A stretch of 64,000 bases of DNA from Lytechinus pictus (Eukaryota), in the NCBI RefSeq assembly GCF_037042905.1, contig NC_087245.1, positions 43,214,001-43,278,000 on the forward strand, read 5' to 3'. The translations under genes and the position numbers were made by a program. The notes under the pieces were generated by a model. That model was not told the DNA's origin. It searched no databases and worked only from the letters and a program-made list of their open reading frames with translations. Shown here one piece after another: positions 11,544 to 23,815 of the stretch. Positions within the stretch are counted from its first letter, which is position 1; the number at the start of each line of letters is the position of its first letter.

Positions 11544-14500
11544 TGTTGCAGTATCATGTTTCTTGTGGGACTTCAAAGAAGCAGGTTATCATTGAAGAAA
11601 ATGCCACAATTGATGACTTGAGGGTGAAGATTGCCTCCAAATTTAACATGAGGAGACCCGACAGCCTGCAGGTCTTCAATAAAGACTTTGGTGACTGGCT
11701 GGACCTGGAAGAAGAGGATGAACTTCCTCCAACAATGTCAAGGGTGAAGGTTTTGGATGACCCAAACGAGGACACAGAAGACAAAGCGAGTTCTGATATC
11801 CATGAAGACAGGGAGGTCCCATCAAGACAGTAGGTTATTTTTTGTCTGTTCTGTATGCATATTATGTTGACGTTATCCGCATATATTGTTCATCTTTTCC
11901 ATTTTAATGCGTGAGGCAAACGCCTGGAGTAGTAAATGTCATAGACTTACATTTTTCCTCATGTTTCTTTTAATCGGATTGTAATTTATTCACTCAATGA
12001 TTTATTTCTATTATTGTAAATCAATTAAGCATTTGGCTGATTTTTATATACACGAGATGTTGTTATTGCCATTAATATTATTAGTATTATTATCATTATA
12101 ATTGTTATCATCATCTTTTTGCGCAGGACTTCAGTCGCTTCCACATGTCCTCAGACGCTGACATCTGAAGGAGCAAGGAGCAGCTTTTTTGTAAATTTTA
12201 AAGTGCCTGAAATGCCCCACGATGTGCAAAAACTCTTAAATGACAACAACAAGGCTGTTCTGGAAAGGAAGTGGAGGAGAAAAATTGTGTCGCATCTGTA
12301 TGACAACATGGTTCAAGTGGCAGTGTAAGTTTGCGTTAAAATTTGTCTTTCTCCTCAGTGAGTTTTCATTATTAGGACATATATTGGCTCAATCAGCGCC
12401 CGAACCCTACAATAATCTATAATAAACCATATAAAGCTTATTATAACCCTACAATATTAAGTCTGTATTGAACAAAATACATATTGCTTGGTTTGTGTAC
12501 ATATTCAAACATTTGTATCATTATTATACATGTATACGGGCAATTCCGTAAACTGATCAACCTTTTGTACGTCCGACCTCACTTTTCTGCTATTTTACTT
12601 TGCTATTTCACTATTTGGGCCATCATCATGAAAGACCATTACACCGAGTTTGCAAATCAGATATGAATGATGGAAAGTTAATTTATGAAGGCCCTGTATG
12701 CAGGGGATCAGCTGTACATAATTTATAGATTTACCAATTTTTTTGTATTGCTTTGATGTACCCTCAAAAATTTAATCGAATCTTGTGCATGTACATTATT
12801 ATGTTTGGTTCCTCTCCTCTCTCCCTCTTTCTCTCTCTTTCTTTCTATCTGTGTGTGTGTTTCTGTCTTCTCTTCTTTCTTTCTCTCTCTCTCTCCCTCT
12901 CTCTCTCTTTAACTACAGGTACCCTCATTCATGGGAGTACAATGCTGTGTGCAGTGCACTGATTAACAAGCACCCGATTTTGAAGGATCGAACCATAAAT
13001 GGTTCGGGATATGTAAGTTTTACATGCGCGCATGTGTGTGAGAATAATGATAATGATTCTTGAGATGATAACATATAATAAGTAGTAAATTGTAGTGAAC
13101 AAATATGCAATATTGAAACATTTTTTGTTCTTTTTTTTTCCTTACACATCTTGTGTTTCCTTACACATCTTGTGTTTGCGAGTCTGATACCACTTCAAAA
13201 TGGAGGAAAAATACCATGAAAAAGATCGATTTTGCACAGATTTGACTGGAACTTGATTGTGTATTATGTGTCAGAATATATAACTTGTTAAATACCTTTT
13301 CAATAATTCCACTTCATTACGTTAAAGCCCAAGTATAGTTTTGGTAAGGATTAAGAAATGTGAATTTTTGGGATATCTACCATGACATATAGTTTTTATA
13401 CACATTTTAAGACCATAGCATTTTTTCTACGAGCTAATTCTTTTGGAAATTTGAATTTGACCGTTAAATCGTATTTAGCGCCCTCTATTGGTTGTAACAA
13501 TAATTTGCTTCTTATCGGGCATATACAAAGTTATTTCCAAGACTTGATTAAAGCATGATAAAAAGGAATACACAAAGAATAAATTCTGAAATTTTCATCC
13601 AATTCTATGCATGAGAAGTTGTCCTTTATCAAGAAAGAAAATATTGAATTCGCATCGGGGGACACGACGCTGAAATATTTTGCACATTTTAGGTTATAAC
13701 TTTTCCAAAACTTGTTCATTTTTTGCACAATCTTTTGTACAACATGTTCATGATATCATGTTTCATTTTATACCGATTTGAAGTCAAAATTTGGTGATAA
13801 AAAATTTTGCTTTTACCAAAACTGTACTTGGCCTTTAACCCTAAATAGGCTGGGCTATTTTGAGAGTTCTCAGAGCCGGGGGGGGGGGGGGGGGGGCCTC
13901 CCAGGCCCCCCCCCCCCCTTCTGTTCTCGGCCGTCGATCGCGCTATCGCCGCGAAAATTTGCACGCGAGTAGAGCATCATGTAAACTACAAATTACCATC
14001 GTCAGATTTTCGAAAAAATACACCGTTTATTTTTAATTAATTAATTATGCTAATTTATGCATAAAAAGGCATTTTGTTCTCTAAATCACAAAATACTAGT
14101 GATAGCAAACTAATTTTTGGTCTAAGTATTCCTGGTATCATATCTAACAATTCCACATAAAAAAAATTGCACTGACAAATTGAATTTCTTTTTTTTTTTT
14201 TTTTTCAATTTCTTATGTATTTCATTGTTTTTTCGACCTTTTTTTTCTATTGTTTTTTGGGCACAATTTATTACAAATATTTTTTCAAGTATAATTATGC
14301 TAAAATGAATTGATTTCTGCCACTGAAAGCAAAAACATGAATTATTATGTGAATTAATTGAAAAAACACAATTTGCATTGACTTTGTACACAAAAACACG
14401 TTTTGGAGCAGTTTTGAGGCTGACATGCGTGTATAAAATGTTACGTAATTTCGTAACGGTAAGTCCGATTATCATGAAAACGGTTTTAAAAGTTGCGGGA

Positions 14501-17500
14501 AACTTGAAAGAAAAAAGTCAGCGAGCCGCGTTATCAGAAATTTTCGTGCAGCGAAACGATCGCGAAATCCGTCGGCCCCCGGCCTAGTTAGGGTTAATGC
14601 AGGGTTAATTATTAAAATAACCAGGTTTTTTTTTTTAATATGCTGTTATGCTTCATGTCTCACATTATTTTTGCATTGTAGGATACAATAAAAGAGTCGC
14701 TGAGGACAAAGTTTAAACACGAGAGAGGGATTCGAACACCATCAACTGATGTAGCCAGGAGGAGGGAGTTGTATGGCCGCAATGGCCCCAGAAAGCGTGC
14801 TGAGGACAACGTGGAAAAGGCCCCATCTCCTGTTAAAAGGAAGAAGCGGGATAGCATTGAGGTAAAGCAACCGTATACTTTTTTAGAGTTATCTGTAGCA
14901 TCTATCTGGCATTTCAATGTTATGACTTATTGTGAAAGAAGCCATCTATTAGATTGTTGGTTGTAATACATGTGTCGATTTATATATAGAAACAAATGAA
15001 ATTTCAATCTTGTGTGCCGATGATTTTTCATGTATTCAAGAACTCATGTGACGTTTTGTTTAAAATTAATGTGCTCTTTTTTTTTTTGTTTAGACCTCAC
15101 ATGGGGGAGAAGACGAAGCCAGCATCCAAAGACACATCGCGTCATTAAAAGATCTGGCATCCAAGAGGGGCGCAGACCCGTCAATTATTCAGGACAAAAT
15201 GAAGCGGACGCGAAGTCATAGACTTTGTTTTATTCAAGCCAATGCTTTGCAGGATGTTCTGAATGAATATCCGATACTGAGGTTTGAAAAACAGGTTAGT
15301 ACTAAATGTATTTCTTTCTTTGATAACATTAAAACTACTACGTACACATCAATCTCTTCGCGCACCAAATCAGATCTTAACGCAACATTGATTATTATTT
15401 ACTATTAAAATTGTACATGTACAAAAAAATATTGAAACTGCAGAGTTATAAATATCGGCTCCTATTTTTCGGAATAAATGGATGAAAATGCAATAGATTA
15501 TAGATACTGCACATCTTCGACCAAGTTAACTACTTTATTCATGTGTGATGTTCGGTTTTCATTTAAGAAATATGGAGGATATTTTGATGAAACTTAATTA
15601 ATGAAAATTAATCAGCGCGGATTAATCAAATGAAATCCATGAATTTGATTGGATAAAAAGCATCGTCTCTTACTCTTTAATAAATATTAGTGTCGGAGAA
15701 TGAGGCTTGTATTGTTGCTGCAACAAGCCTCATGAAATGCCCTCCAGGCGCTAGTTATAAGTGCGCTATTGATTACCTTCTATGAACATTGGCTCATTTT
15801 GTTTAATTTGTGTCCATCCATTCTTTTTAGCTAATACGTGAGCTTCAAAATACGTATGGGGCAAAGGAAATAGCAGCCGCTATTGCCGAATCGGTTACAG
15901 CTAGTGGAGAAGTGATTCTCCGAGAAGGATTGAAGGTGCCAGCAGCACAAGAAGTGATCGAGCAATATCAGGACAAAGTTGATGGTGCGACTACAGACAA
16001 GCAGAAAAAAGGTATTTTGTGCCTCATACCTCCAATTTATTTTATGGTGTAGAGGATAGTACCAAAAGCTATGGAATTATTTGCGATATTTACATTTATT
16101 TCGGCTTACATATAAAAAGGAATTGGTACTGCTAAAGTCACTGTCGTCCATGCCTTCAAAATCAGTTAATTGCATGAGGAGGAACATAACTATCCCACAT
16201 TAGTTGTCATAGTCTTTGTTTATTATTCTTATCATAATTTATTATGGTGCTCAATTTCCCTGTCATCACCCTTTCAGAGAAGAGAAGAAAAAATGGACGT
16301 GTTTCCTTGACAATTAACATGGATATTTCGTTATCTTTCCTTCATGATTATGATCTAGAAGAAATAGCTTCCAAAAGCGTAAAACTGAAATACAATGTAT
16401 TTACATGTATCTATTTTGTTTGGTTTTGTTTTAGATTTACTGGTGGCATTGTCATGCTTGCTGTTTCCTTTGATATTTGGGGAAAAGGACTCCATGTACA
16501 CTATAAACAAGGTAACATTCAGATTCCGCATTTAGTATCTACTTTCCTTGGGATTGATTAAATTTTGCATTTGTCGGCTTTATCTAATTGTCATTCCAGG
16601 TCATTCCAGGCTATCATTTTTTTATGTTAACAATTCTAATTTAAGATAGACACCAATTGCAGGGACTGCAGAACCGGGGGCGGGGGGAGGGGGGGGGTGG
16701 GTGCTCGGGGCTGCAGCCACCACACTTTTTAAAAATTGCGTGCAAGCCTATGGCAATGTGTAAAAATCGTTATCCACAGGCCCCGCACTCTCAGCCCCCC
16801 CCCCACTCTTCAAAAACGTTCCATGGTGCCTGAAATGTACCATCAATAATACAGTTTAACCTCTTTATAAAGATCACTGATGCATGTATATTAAAGTAAT
16901 GTTTTTGGTCAGAGTTCTTTGCATTGATTTGTTTTCCCTCCAAGGGAATAATGAATATCGAGAATCTTTTTTAACCCTATTTTAACTGGGCTTTTTGAGA
17001 CCAAGTTTATACTTCAGATCTCGGCCGTGGATCGCGCAATCGCCGCAAAATTTTGCACACGGATAGAGCAAAGTGTAAACTACAAGACTGTATGGATTGA
17101 TTTTCCGAAAATTCCTAATTTCTATTTTTAAATAATTAATTATGCAAATTTATGCATGAAATCACACTTTCTGCTCTATTTCCCTCAATAAAGCACCTAT
17201 AAGGCTAATTTTTGGTGTGAATATTCTTTATAATATCCCTCATGACACAACTTGAAAAAAATTTGGTATGACAATTTATTTCTTATGTTTTTTATTGATT
17301 TATGAATTTCTTATGTATTTCTTTGTTTTTTAGACCTTGTGTTTTCTATTGTTTTTTCTATGAAATTTATTGCAGGACATTTTTGAAGCATTTTTGTGCT
17401 GAAATAAATTAGTTTCAGCCCATCAAACAAAAAATAACTACATCTTTATGGATTCTGACTGAAATCACAATTTACATTGACTTTGCACACAAAATCACGT

Positions 17501-18054
17501 TTTTGAGCCATTTTCGGTCTGACATGCATGTACAAAAAGTGGTGCGGCAACATAACCACATACCCGATTTTTGCGAAAACAGTCTTAAAAGTTGCGCAAG
17601 ACGTTAAAGAAAAAAGTCAGCGAGTCTCGTGGTGAAAAAATTTTGCGCGGCTGAGTGATCGCGAAATTTGTCGAGGGGGGGGGTCAAATTGACCCCCCCC
17701 CCCCCTCCCCAGTTGGAATAGGGTTAAAGATTTATATGTTTTTATATTTCCGATTGGCTTTCTCTTTCTCAATTTTGTCAGGAACCCCAGAGCCCTACTC
17801 CTACCCTAGTGATATCAGGGAACCCCTTTGAATGTCGTGATTTAGCCATATTCATGGACGGGATAGAAGTTTGTCGAGCATCAGATCTCACATCCGGGTT
17901 TGTTGCAACATTCTCAAGTTTTTATGTGTTTGGGGTCCAGTACCCACAACGTGGAAAGAGGACCCTACAGCTATACCAGAAATTTTTTGCAGGACTGGAT
18001 GATGGAAGTCCCCTACCACCCAGAGTCCAGCGATTTCTTAACAGCCTTGTTTAG
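11544..18054 (+). CDS. Spliced accessory gene of B: ubiquitin/PB1-like N-terminal module plus SAMD3-like body, about 496 aa, start exon unresolved
   Basis: Exons 11544-11829, 12127-12324, 12919-13012, 14682-14861, 15094-15294, 15831-16011, 16435-16511 and 17782-18054. All are GT-AG, phase compatible (2,2,0,0,0,1,0) and stop-free. Motifs include VPEMPHDV, YPHSWEYNAVCSALINKHPIL, EYPIL and FYVFGVQYP. Confidence 0.85.
12812..12910. repeat. (CT)n/(GT)n microsatellite before an acceptor site
   Basis: Read directly from the sequence. Confidence 0.9.
13326..13834. mobile_element. Kolobok-like non-autonomous element
   Basis: TTAA|AGCCCAAGTATAGTTTTGGTAA...TTACCAAAACTGTACTTGGCCT|TTAA: TTAA TSD and purine-purine terminus. 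Confidence 0.75.
13839..14593. mobile_element. piggyBac-like non-autonomous element
   Basis: TTAA|CCCTAAATAGGCTGGG...CCCGGCCTAGTTAGGG|TTAA. Confidence 0.85.
16975..17723. mobile_element. piggyBac-like non-autonomous element related to 13839-14593
   Basis: TTAA|CCCTATTTTAACTGGG...CCCAGTTGGAATAGGG|TTAA. Shares internal CTCGGCCGTnGATCGCGCnATCGCCGC and GAAAAAAGTCAGCGAG. Confidence 0.85.
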
Positions 18055-18159
18055 ACTGATTTATTTCTGGTTGGAAATTCCGCCTTAAATTTCTATTATT
18101 TTGCCCTAAAATTAAAGACTGTTCTGTGTACATGAGAAGATTTACACTCTCTTGCTACA

Positions 18160-19740
18160 TTTGCTGAGATGAGGCAAAGTTTTGTATCAACTCAAACATT
18201 TTAATTTATTACGATTGCTTCATTTATTTTATGTGCTGAAATGAGGCCAAGTTTTGTTTCCTGTATCAACATGATCAACTCAAACTTTTTTTATTACACC
18301 TGCTTCATTTATTTTATGTGCTGCAATGAGGCAAAGTTTTGTATCAACTCAAACATTTTAATTTATTACACCTGCTTAATTTATTTTATGTGCTGCAATG
18401 AGGCAAAGTTTTGTATCAACTCAAACATTTTAATTTATTACACTTGCTACATTAATGTGCTGAAATGAGGCAAAGTTTTGTATCAACTCAAACATTTTAA
18501 TTTATTACACTTGCTACATTAATGTGCTGAAATGAGGTCAAGTTTTGTTTTAAAGGGGTACTAGCCCCTGACATTATCGTGCTCTCATTGAATAAAGAAA
18601 AATCAGATGAACAAACTGTAAAAATTTGATAAAAATCAGACAACTCGCTCAAAAGTTATGAATTTTCAAAGTCACCGAGATTTGACGATCACTGCCGCTC
18701 ATGGGGATCAGTGCGATCGGCAAAACCGACGGAATCTGTGACGTCATGTCGGACAACTCCTCATTCACTTTGTACATAGAATATTTAAAAATTGATCAAT
18801 GTCAAATTTAGAGTGAGGTTGCAGCATGAATCTTTTCAAAATACAAGCAAAAACAATGTAGAAATGCTATACCGCAACCAAAAAATGGTATTTTGTTGAC
18901 TTTTCCGAGAAAAAGGAGAAAATGTGAAGTTTGGTGTACAGAGTGAATGAGGAGTTGTCCGACGTGACGTCACAGATTCCGTCGAATTTGCCGATCGCAC
19001 GGATGCCCATGAGCGGCAGTGATCGTCAAATCTCTGTGACTTTGAAAATTCATAACCTTTGAACGGGTTGTCCGATTTTGCCCAAATTTTCAGTTTGTTC
19101 ATCTGGATTTTCTTCATATCCTGAGGTGAGGATAATTCCAGGGGTTGGTTTCCCTTTAATTTATTACATTTGCTACATTTATTTCATGTTTTGTGTGCTG
19201 AAATGAGGCTAAGTTTTGTTTCCTACATCAACTCAAACGTTTTAATTTATTATATGTGCTGAAATGAGGCCAAGTTTTGTTTCCTCTATCAACTCAAACA
19301 TTTTAATTTATTACGATTGCTTCATTTATTTTATGTGCTGAAATGAGGCCAAGTTTTGTTTCCTGTATCAACTCAAACATTTTAATTTATTACACCTCCT
19401 TCATTTATTTTATGTGCTGCAATGAGGCAAAGTTTTTTATCAACTCAAACATTTTAATTCTTTACGATTGATTCATTTATTTTATGTGCTGAAATGAGGC
19501 CAAGTTTTGTTTCCTGTATCAACTCAAACATTTTAATTTATTACACCTCCTTCATTTATTTTATGTGCTGCAATGAGGCAAAGTTTTTTATCAACTCAAA
19601 CATTTTAATTTTTTACGATTGATTCATTTATTTTATGTGCTGAAATGAAGTCAAGTTTTTTATCCTATATCAACTCAAAAGTATTAATTTGTTACATTTG
19701 CTACATTTTAATGTGCTGAAACAAGGCAAAGTTTTGTTGC
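18160..19740. repeat. Tandem array of 60-80 bp units in the 3' UTR region of B
   Basis: Unit about TGTGCTGAAATGAGGCCAAGTTTTGT(TTCCTG)TATCAACTCAAACATTTTAATTTATTAC..., more than 10 copies, interrupted at 18554-19155. Confidence 0.93.
18554..19155. mobile_element. Kolobok-like palindromic MITE
   Basis: TTAA|AGGGGTACTAGCCCCTG...CAGGGGTTGGTTTCCCT|TTAA, with long internal inverted arms (about 18625-18780 versus 18930-19090). Confidence 0.8.
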
Positions 19741-19789
19741 AAACGTCAATATAACTATTTAGTGGGTTCTTAAAATCGTTACAATATGA

Positions 19790-20491
19790 GTTTCTGGTCA
19801 CATGGTCAAGGTCAAAGGTTACCAGAGGTCATCAAACTTTGGTATGTCAAGCCAAAAACATCAAAAACTTAACTTGGAGGTTATATTTTAGAAATGTCAA
19901 CGTAGGTTTAAAATTTTTTTGTCTCTTTCCATGAAACTTTGTAATTAGGGTCATTAAGCATCACCAATCGTTCCGTATGCATTAGTAGTGTGGGTGGAGT
20001 CATTGTTGCCATGGTAACCATGGTTATATTGAAAAAAAATTAAGATTGTCTAGTAAGCATTCTACAGACCAAAATTTTCATCCAATCTTATTCAAATTTG
20101 GTGTGGACGTGTATTATGGCAAGTGGAAGTAAGCTGTCGATTCTTGGATATGGGCAGGGTCATTGTTGCCATGGTAACAATTTTTATAAAGAAATAATGA
20201 AGATTTCAGGGTGAGCACTCTACAGGCCAGATGTTTCATCTGCTCATATTCTAATTTGGTGTTGATGTGTAATGTTAAGAAGCCTATTGAATTAGGGTGT
20301 GGGCATAATCATTATTGCCATGGTAATCATGGTTTTTCAGATTTCTTTTAGTCATTGTTTTTGTCCAGTCACATTCAAATTTGGTGTTGGGACTGTATTA
20401 TGGTAGGAGTATCATGTGATATTTCCTGATTTCTTTGTAAAAGTGCTGCTGCCTGAAGAAGGCAAAACCACCAGAGGCACTCCACTTGTTT
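19790..20491 (+). mobile_element. Degenerate Helentron-associated-like (HINE/Tsp-type) element, 3' part
   Basis: GGTCAAGGTCAAAGG and TTGCCATGGTAAC repeats. The end CCAGAGGCACTCCACTTGTT matches the reverse complement of the end of the element at 61362. Confidence 0.5.
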
Positions 20492-20974
20492 TTTCTTAGA
20501 TTGTACTTTTTAATATAAACTTTTGTCCATATATTTCCTCCAAAAACAGATACCAAAACTTTTAAGATACCGATGCGATTATTTTGTACCTTTTCAATGA
20601 ATGAGAAAATATTTCTTTCTCATCATTTCTCGCAATAGGTGACACTTGGTTCAGCTGGTTTGTTATTTACATCACAATGTATAAGCTTATAGATATTCCA
20701 CACGTCAGATTGCCTTGTATGTCCACAAAGAGTGTGAGGCTACATCCTTTTTGCTTTACATAATTATTATTGCTCGTCTGAAGGCATGTTTACAGATTTT
20801 GATTAAGTCTGTGCCAAGAAATGGTGTTTAATATGTATGATGTATTAAATGTGTTGAACTCCAAATGTATATTCACTACTCTCCTTTCTAGTACATGTAC
20901 TGTAATAGCTCCTCATTGGCATATACATATACATGTGTCACAATTAGGACCTATTGCAGCTCATTTGAAAATAT

Positions 20975-21115
20975 TATTATAACTATTATTATTATTATTG
21001 TTGTTGTTGTTGTTTGTTAGTTGGTTTGTTTTTATTGTGTGTGTGTGTGTTGTGCGTGTTAGCGTGTGTGTGTGCTGTGGGTGGGTAGGTGGGTGTGTAC
21101 GTGTGTGGTTGTGTG
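20975..21115. repeat. (TTA)n/(TTG)n/(GT)n microsatellite tract
   Basis: Read directly from the sequence. Confidence 0.9.
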
Positions 21116-21119
21116 TATT

Positions 21120-21681
21120 ATTTGTACCAGCAAGGGAATGAAATTGTACCAACGGGGTGAAAAATTGCACCCCAAACATATAAAATTGAACCAAAAAGGG
21201 TATAAAATCGTACCACAAAGGGTATGAAAATGTACCTAAGGGGTCTGAAATTTGAACCCTACATGGAGGACATTGTACCAAAAGGGTGTAAAATTGTACA
21301 AAAGGGGTATAAAAATATACCGTAAAGGGTATAACATTGTCTCAAAAAGGGTGCAAAATTGTACCACATGGGTAAAAACTTGTACCAAATGGGGTATAAA
21401 ATTATACCAAAGGGGTATTATATTGCACCGGAAATGAATGAAAAAGTGTATAAATTGTACGAAAAGGGTAAAGATTTCTACCTAAGGGGTATACAATTTT
21501 ACCAAAAGGGGTACAAATTTGTACCCCAGGAGTACCCGGGGGTACAATATTGTACCCCATCATGGGGTACAAACTTGTACCCCAACTTTGGGGTACAACT
21601 TTGAACCCTATAGGGTGCAGCCGGTGTTGCATTGGATTGTACCCCTAGGGGTACAAATTTGTACCCTAATTTCTCTGTGTG
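21120..21681. repeat. 3' subterminal repeats of B
   Basis: Many (A)ATTGTACC / GGGTACAA / GGGTATAA units in both orientations, leading to the TIR. Confidence 0.9.
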
Positions 21682-22281
21682 TACACCAGGATTTGAGCCA
21701 TGGTTTTATTTTAGTTTGAAAACGATGGTCATGAAATAATGTTTTTTTTTTAACGTGTTAACCATGTAAACCATAGTTAAACATTCGTCTTAGCAAGATT
21801 GAAAACGACGGTTATACACCATGATTTTAACCATGGTTTTATGATAGTTTGAAAATGATGGTTATATAACCATGGTTTTAACCGTGGTTTAATGAAAGTG
21901 TAAAAACAGTGGTTACAAAACCATGAACCAAGGTTGAAAACGATGGTTATACACCAGGATTTGAGCCATGGTTTTATTAGTTTTAAAACGATGGTTATGA
22001 AATAATGGTTTTAACTGTGGTTTAATGAATGTGTGAAAACCGTGGTTATAAAAACCAAGGTTAAAGATTCGTCTTGGCAAGGTTGAAAACGATGGTTATA
22101 CGCCATGATTTTAACCATGGTTTTATGATAGTGTGAAAACGATTGTTATGAAACAAAGATTTTATCCGTAGTTTTATAGTAGTGAAGAGACGGCAGTTAT
22201 AAAACCATGATTTTCAACAGGGGGGGGGGGCACCATGGTTGTATGAGAGCATAAGAACAGTGGTTATAAAACCATGGTTTA
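21682..22281. repeat. CCATGG-rich repeat array, segment 2
   Basis: Same units as 6565-6834. Confidence 0.92.
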
Positions 22282-22587
22282 CTCTCTTAATTTGCGCGAT
22301 TACAAATAGTACTCTAGTTAGCGATTACAAATTATTGTAAACTATTTGGGTTATATTTTGCCGTTGTCAATCCGAAATGGATTAAAAATCGACGAATTCG
22401 CGCGCATTTAAAGTTAATCCAAACAAAATTACAAAATACTCAAACTATCTACCAATGAAAAGGCTTACAATATGTCACATGACCACGCCGCAGCTCGCTC
22501 ATCAAGAAATTTTTTCGACTTTTTGTACCGCACATGCACAACATACTGTGCAAGTGAGCTGTTGAATCTAGGCATACCAGGATCAGG

Positions 22588-22648
22588 ATGGCCGAACTGG
22601 AGTACATTTTAAAAGATTTCGGGGAGGAAATCATTCAGATTTTGAAAG
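22588..22648 (+). CDS. First coding exon of the C accessory gene (N-terminal half of SAM)
   Basis: ATG...MAELEYILKDFGEEIIQILK+G|gtatgt, phase 1, equivalent to D exon 1 MDDFVKEKLVMWGLERFLENFE+G|gtaag. Confidence 0.65.
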
Positions 22649-23175
22649 GTATGTGTTTATTGAATTGTACAGATCAAAGCTGAGGAAGAATGGGCTAATG
22701 ATTGCAATTTGCAACTGTGATTGATTGAGATTGAAAGTACGTTTCGATTGACGCTGTAACTTTCGCGAAGGAGATCTACGTGTACGTGTGAGTTGAACGT
22801 GAGATTAACACAACTGTCCGTCGCATGATGACTAGATCTAGTGGTCTAGTGTGTGTGAAGGGTTGGACCAAAAGTCAAGCACATCATAAAATTCAATATT
22901 TTGCAGTACTATGTTTACCTACCATCTGTTGCTATATACTCCGAATATTATTTTGTTGCAAAAACACGGCATAAAGCTAACGGTAATAACGAAAATCGCA
23001 GCGAGATCGAGACCCTACTAGCTCTCCTCGACCTCGGCTTTGTTGCCTCCAATCCAGTTCCAAACGCAGGTTGTGGACTGAAGAGGTCTATATCTGCGCC
23101 GGCCCGAACGCTGCAGACGTTCGAGCGTTCGGGCTGTCGCAGTTAATTCTGGGCAAGAATTTCGCATGCAATTAA

Positions 23176-23770
23176 GGGGGAATCCAACCCAAATAAAAAC
23201 TTGTTTTTATAAGGAAAAGAAAAACCAGACAAGCTGATAGGTGAAAGTTTGAACAATATTGGACAAACAAAAAGAAAGTTATGAATTTTTAAAATTTGTA
23301 AATATTGGTAATCACTATACCCATGGAGACTTCAAATTGGCCGCATATGGGATGTCATAGTGATGTAAGGCAAGGACTACTCTTCCATGTACTCCAATAC
23401 ATATTATGGCTAAAATGTAATTTTCCCAAAAAGTTTTATTTCAAATTATATTTTTCTTTCATGAGGACATAAAACAATATACTACCTGGATTATATTTAG
23501 ATTACTGCCCCAGGGGAATGGTTACTTAAGAGAAAACCACAAATCCCTGATAATAAAGTACATGGCCTATGGGAAAATTGTCCTTGGCCCTTGTCATAAT
23601 TTACTTACTCAGTTGCCAATTTGAAATCTACATAGTATTAGTGATCTCAATATTAAAGCAGCTATAACTTTTTTATTGCTTGTCCGATTTCTTTCAAACT
23701 TTCACCATTCTGTTTAATTTATTTTTCTCCTTCCCAACACAACATTTTATGGCCAAGGCTGGATTCCCCT
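23176..23770. mobile_element. Kolobok-like MITE
   Basis: TTAA|GGGGGAATCCAACC...GGCTGGATTCCCCT|TTAA. Confidence 0.75.
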
Positions 23771-23815
23771 TTAAGTTACAGTAGGCCTGAGACCAATTAG
23801 GTGCCAGTGTGAGTG

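Larger units (their letters stand above)
6835..21681 (+). mobile_element. EnSpm/CACTA DNA transposon B (complete, about 14.8 kb)
   Basis: 5' CACACAGAAAAATTAGGGTACA and 3' TGTACCCTAATTTCTCTGTGTG TIRs, with TA at 6833-6834 and 21682-21683. Removing it restores CGATGGTTATACACCAGGATTTGAGCC, identical to the intact array unit near 21941. TGTACC/GGTACA subterminal repeats. Confidence 0.93.

Noticed and set aside
18160-19740. Possible CRISPR-like repeat-spacer array
   Set aside because: The sequences between the conserved cores are themselves repeats, not unique spacers; the context is eukaryotic with no cas genes.
20961-21719. Overlapping ORFs of 61-106 aa on both strands
   Set aside because: They are translations of microsatellite and subterminal repeats.
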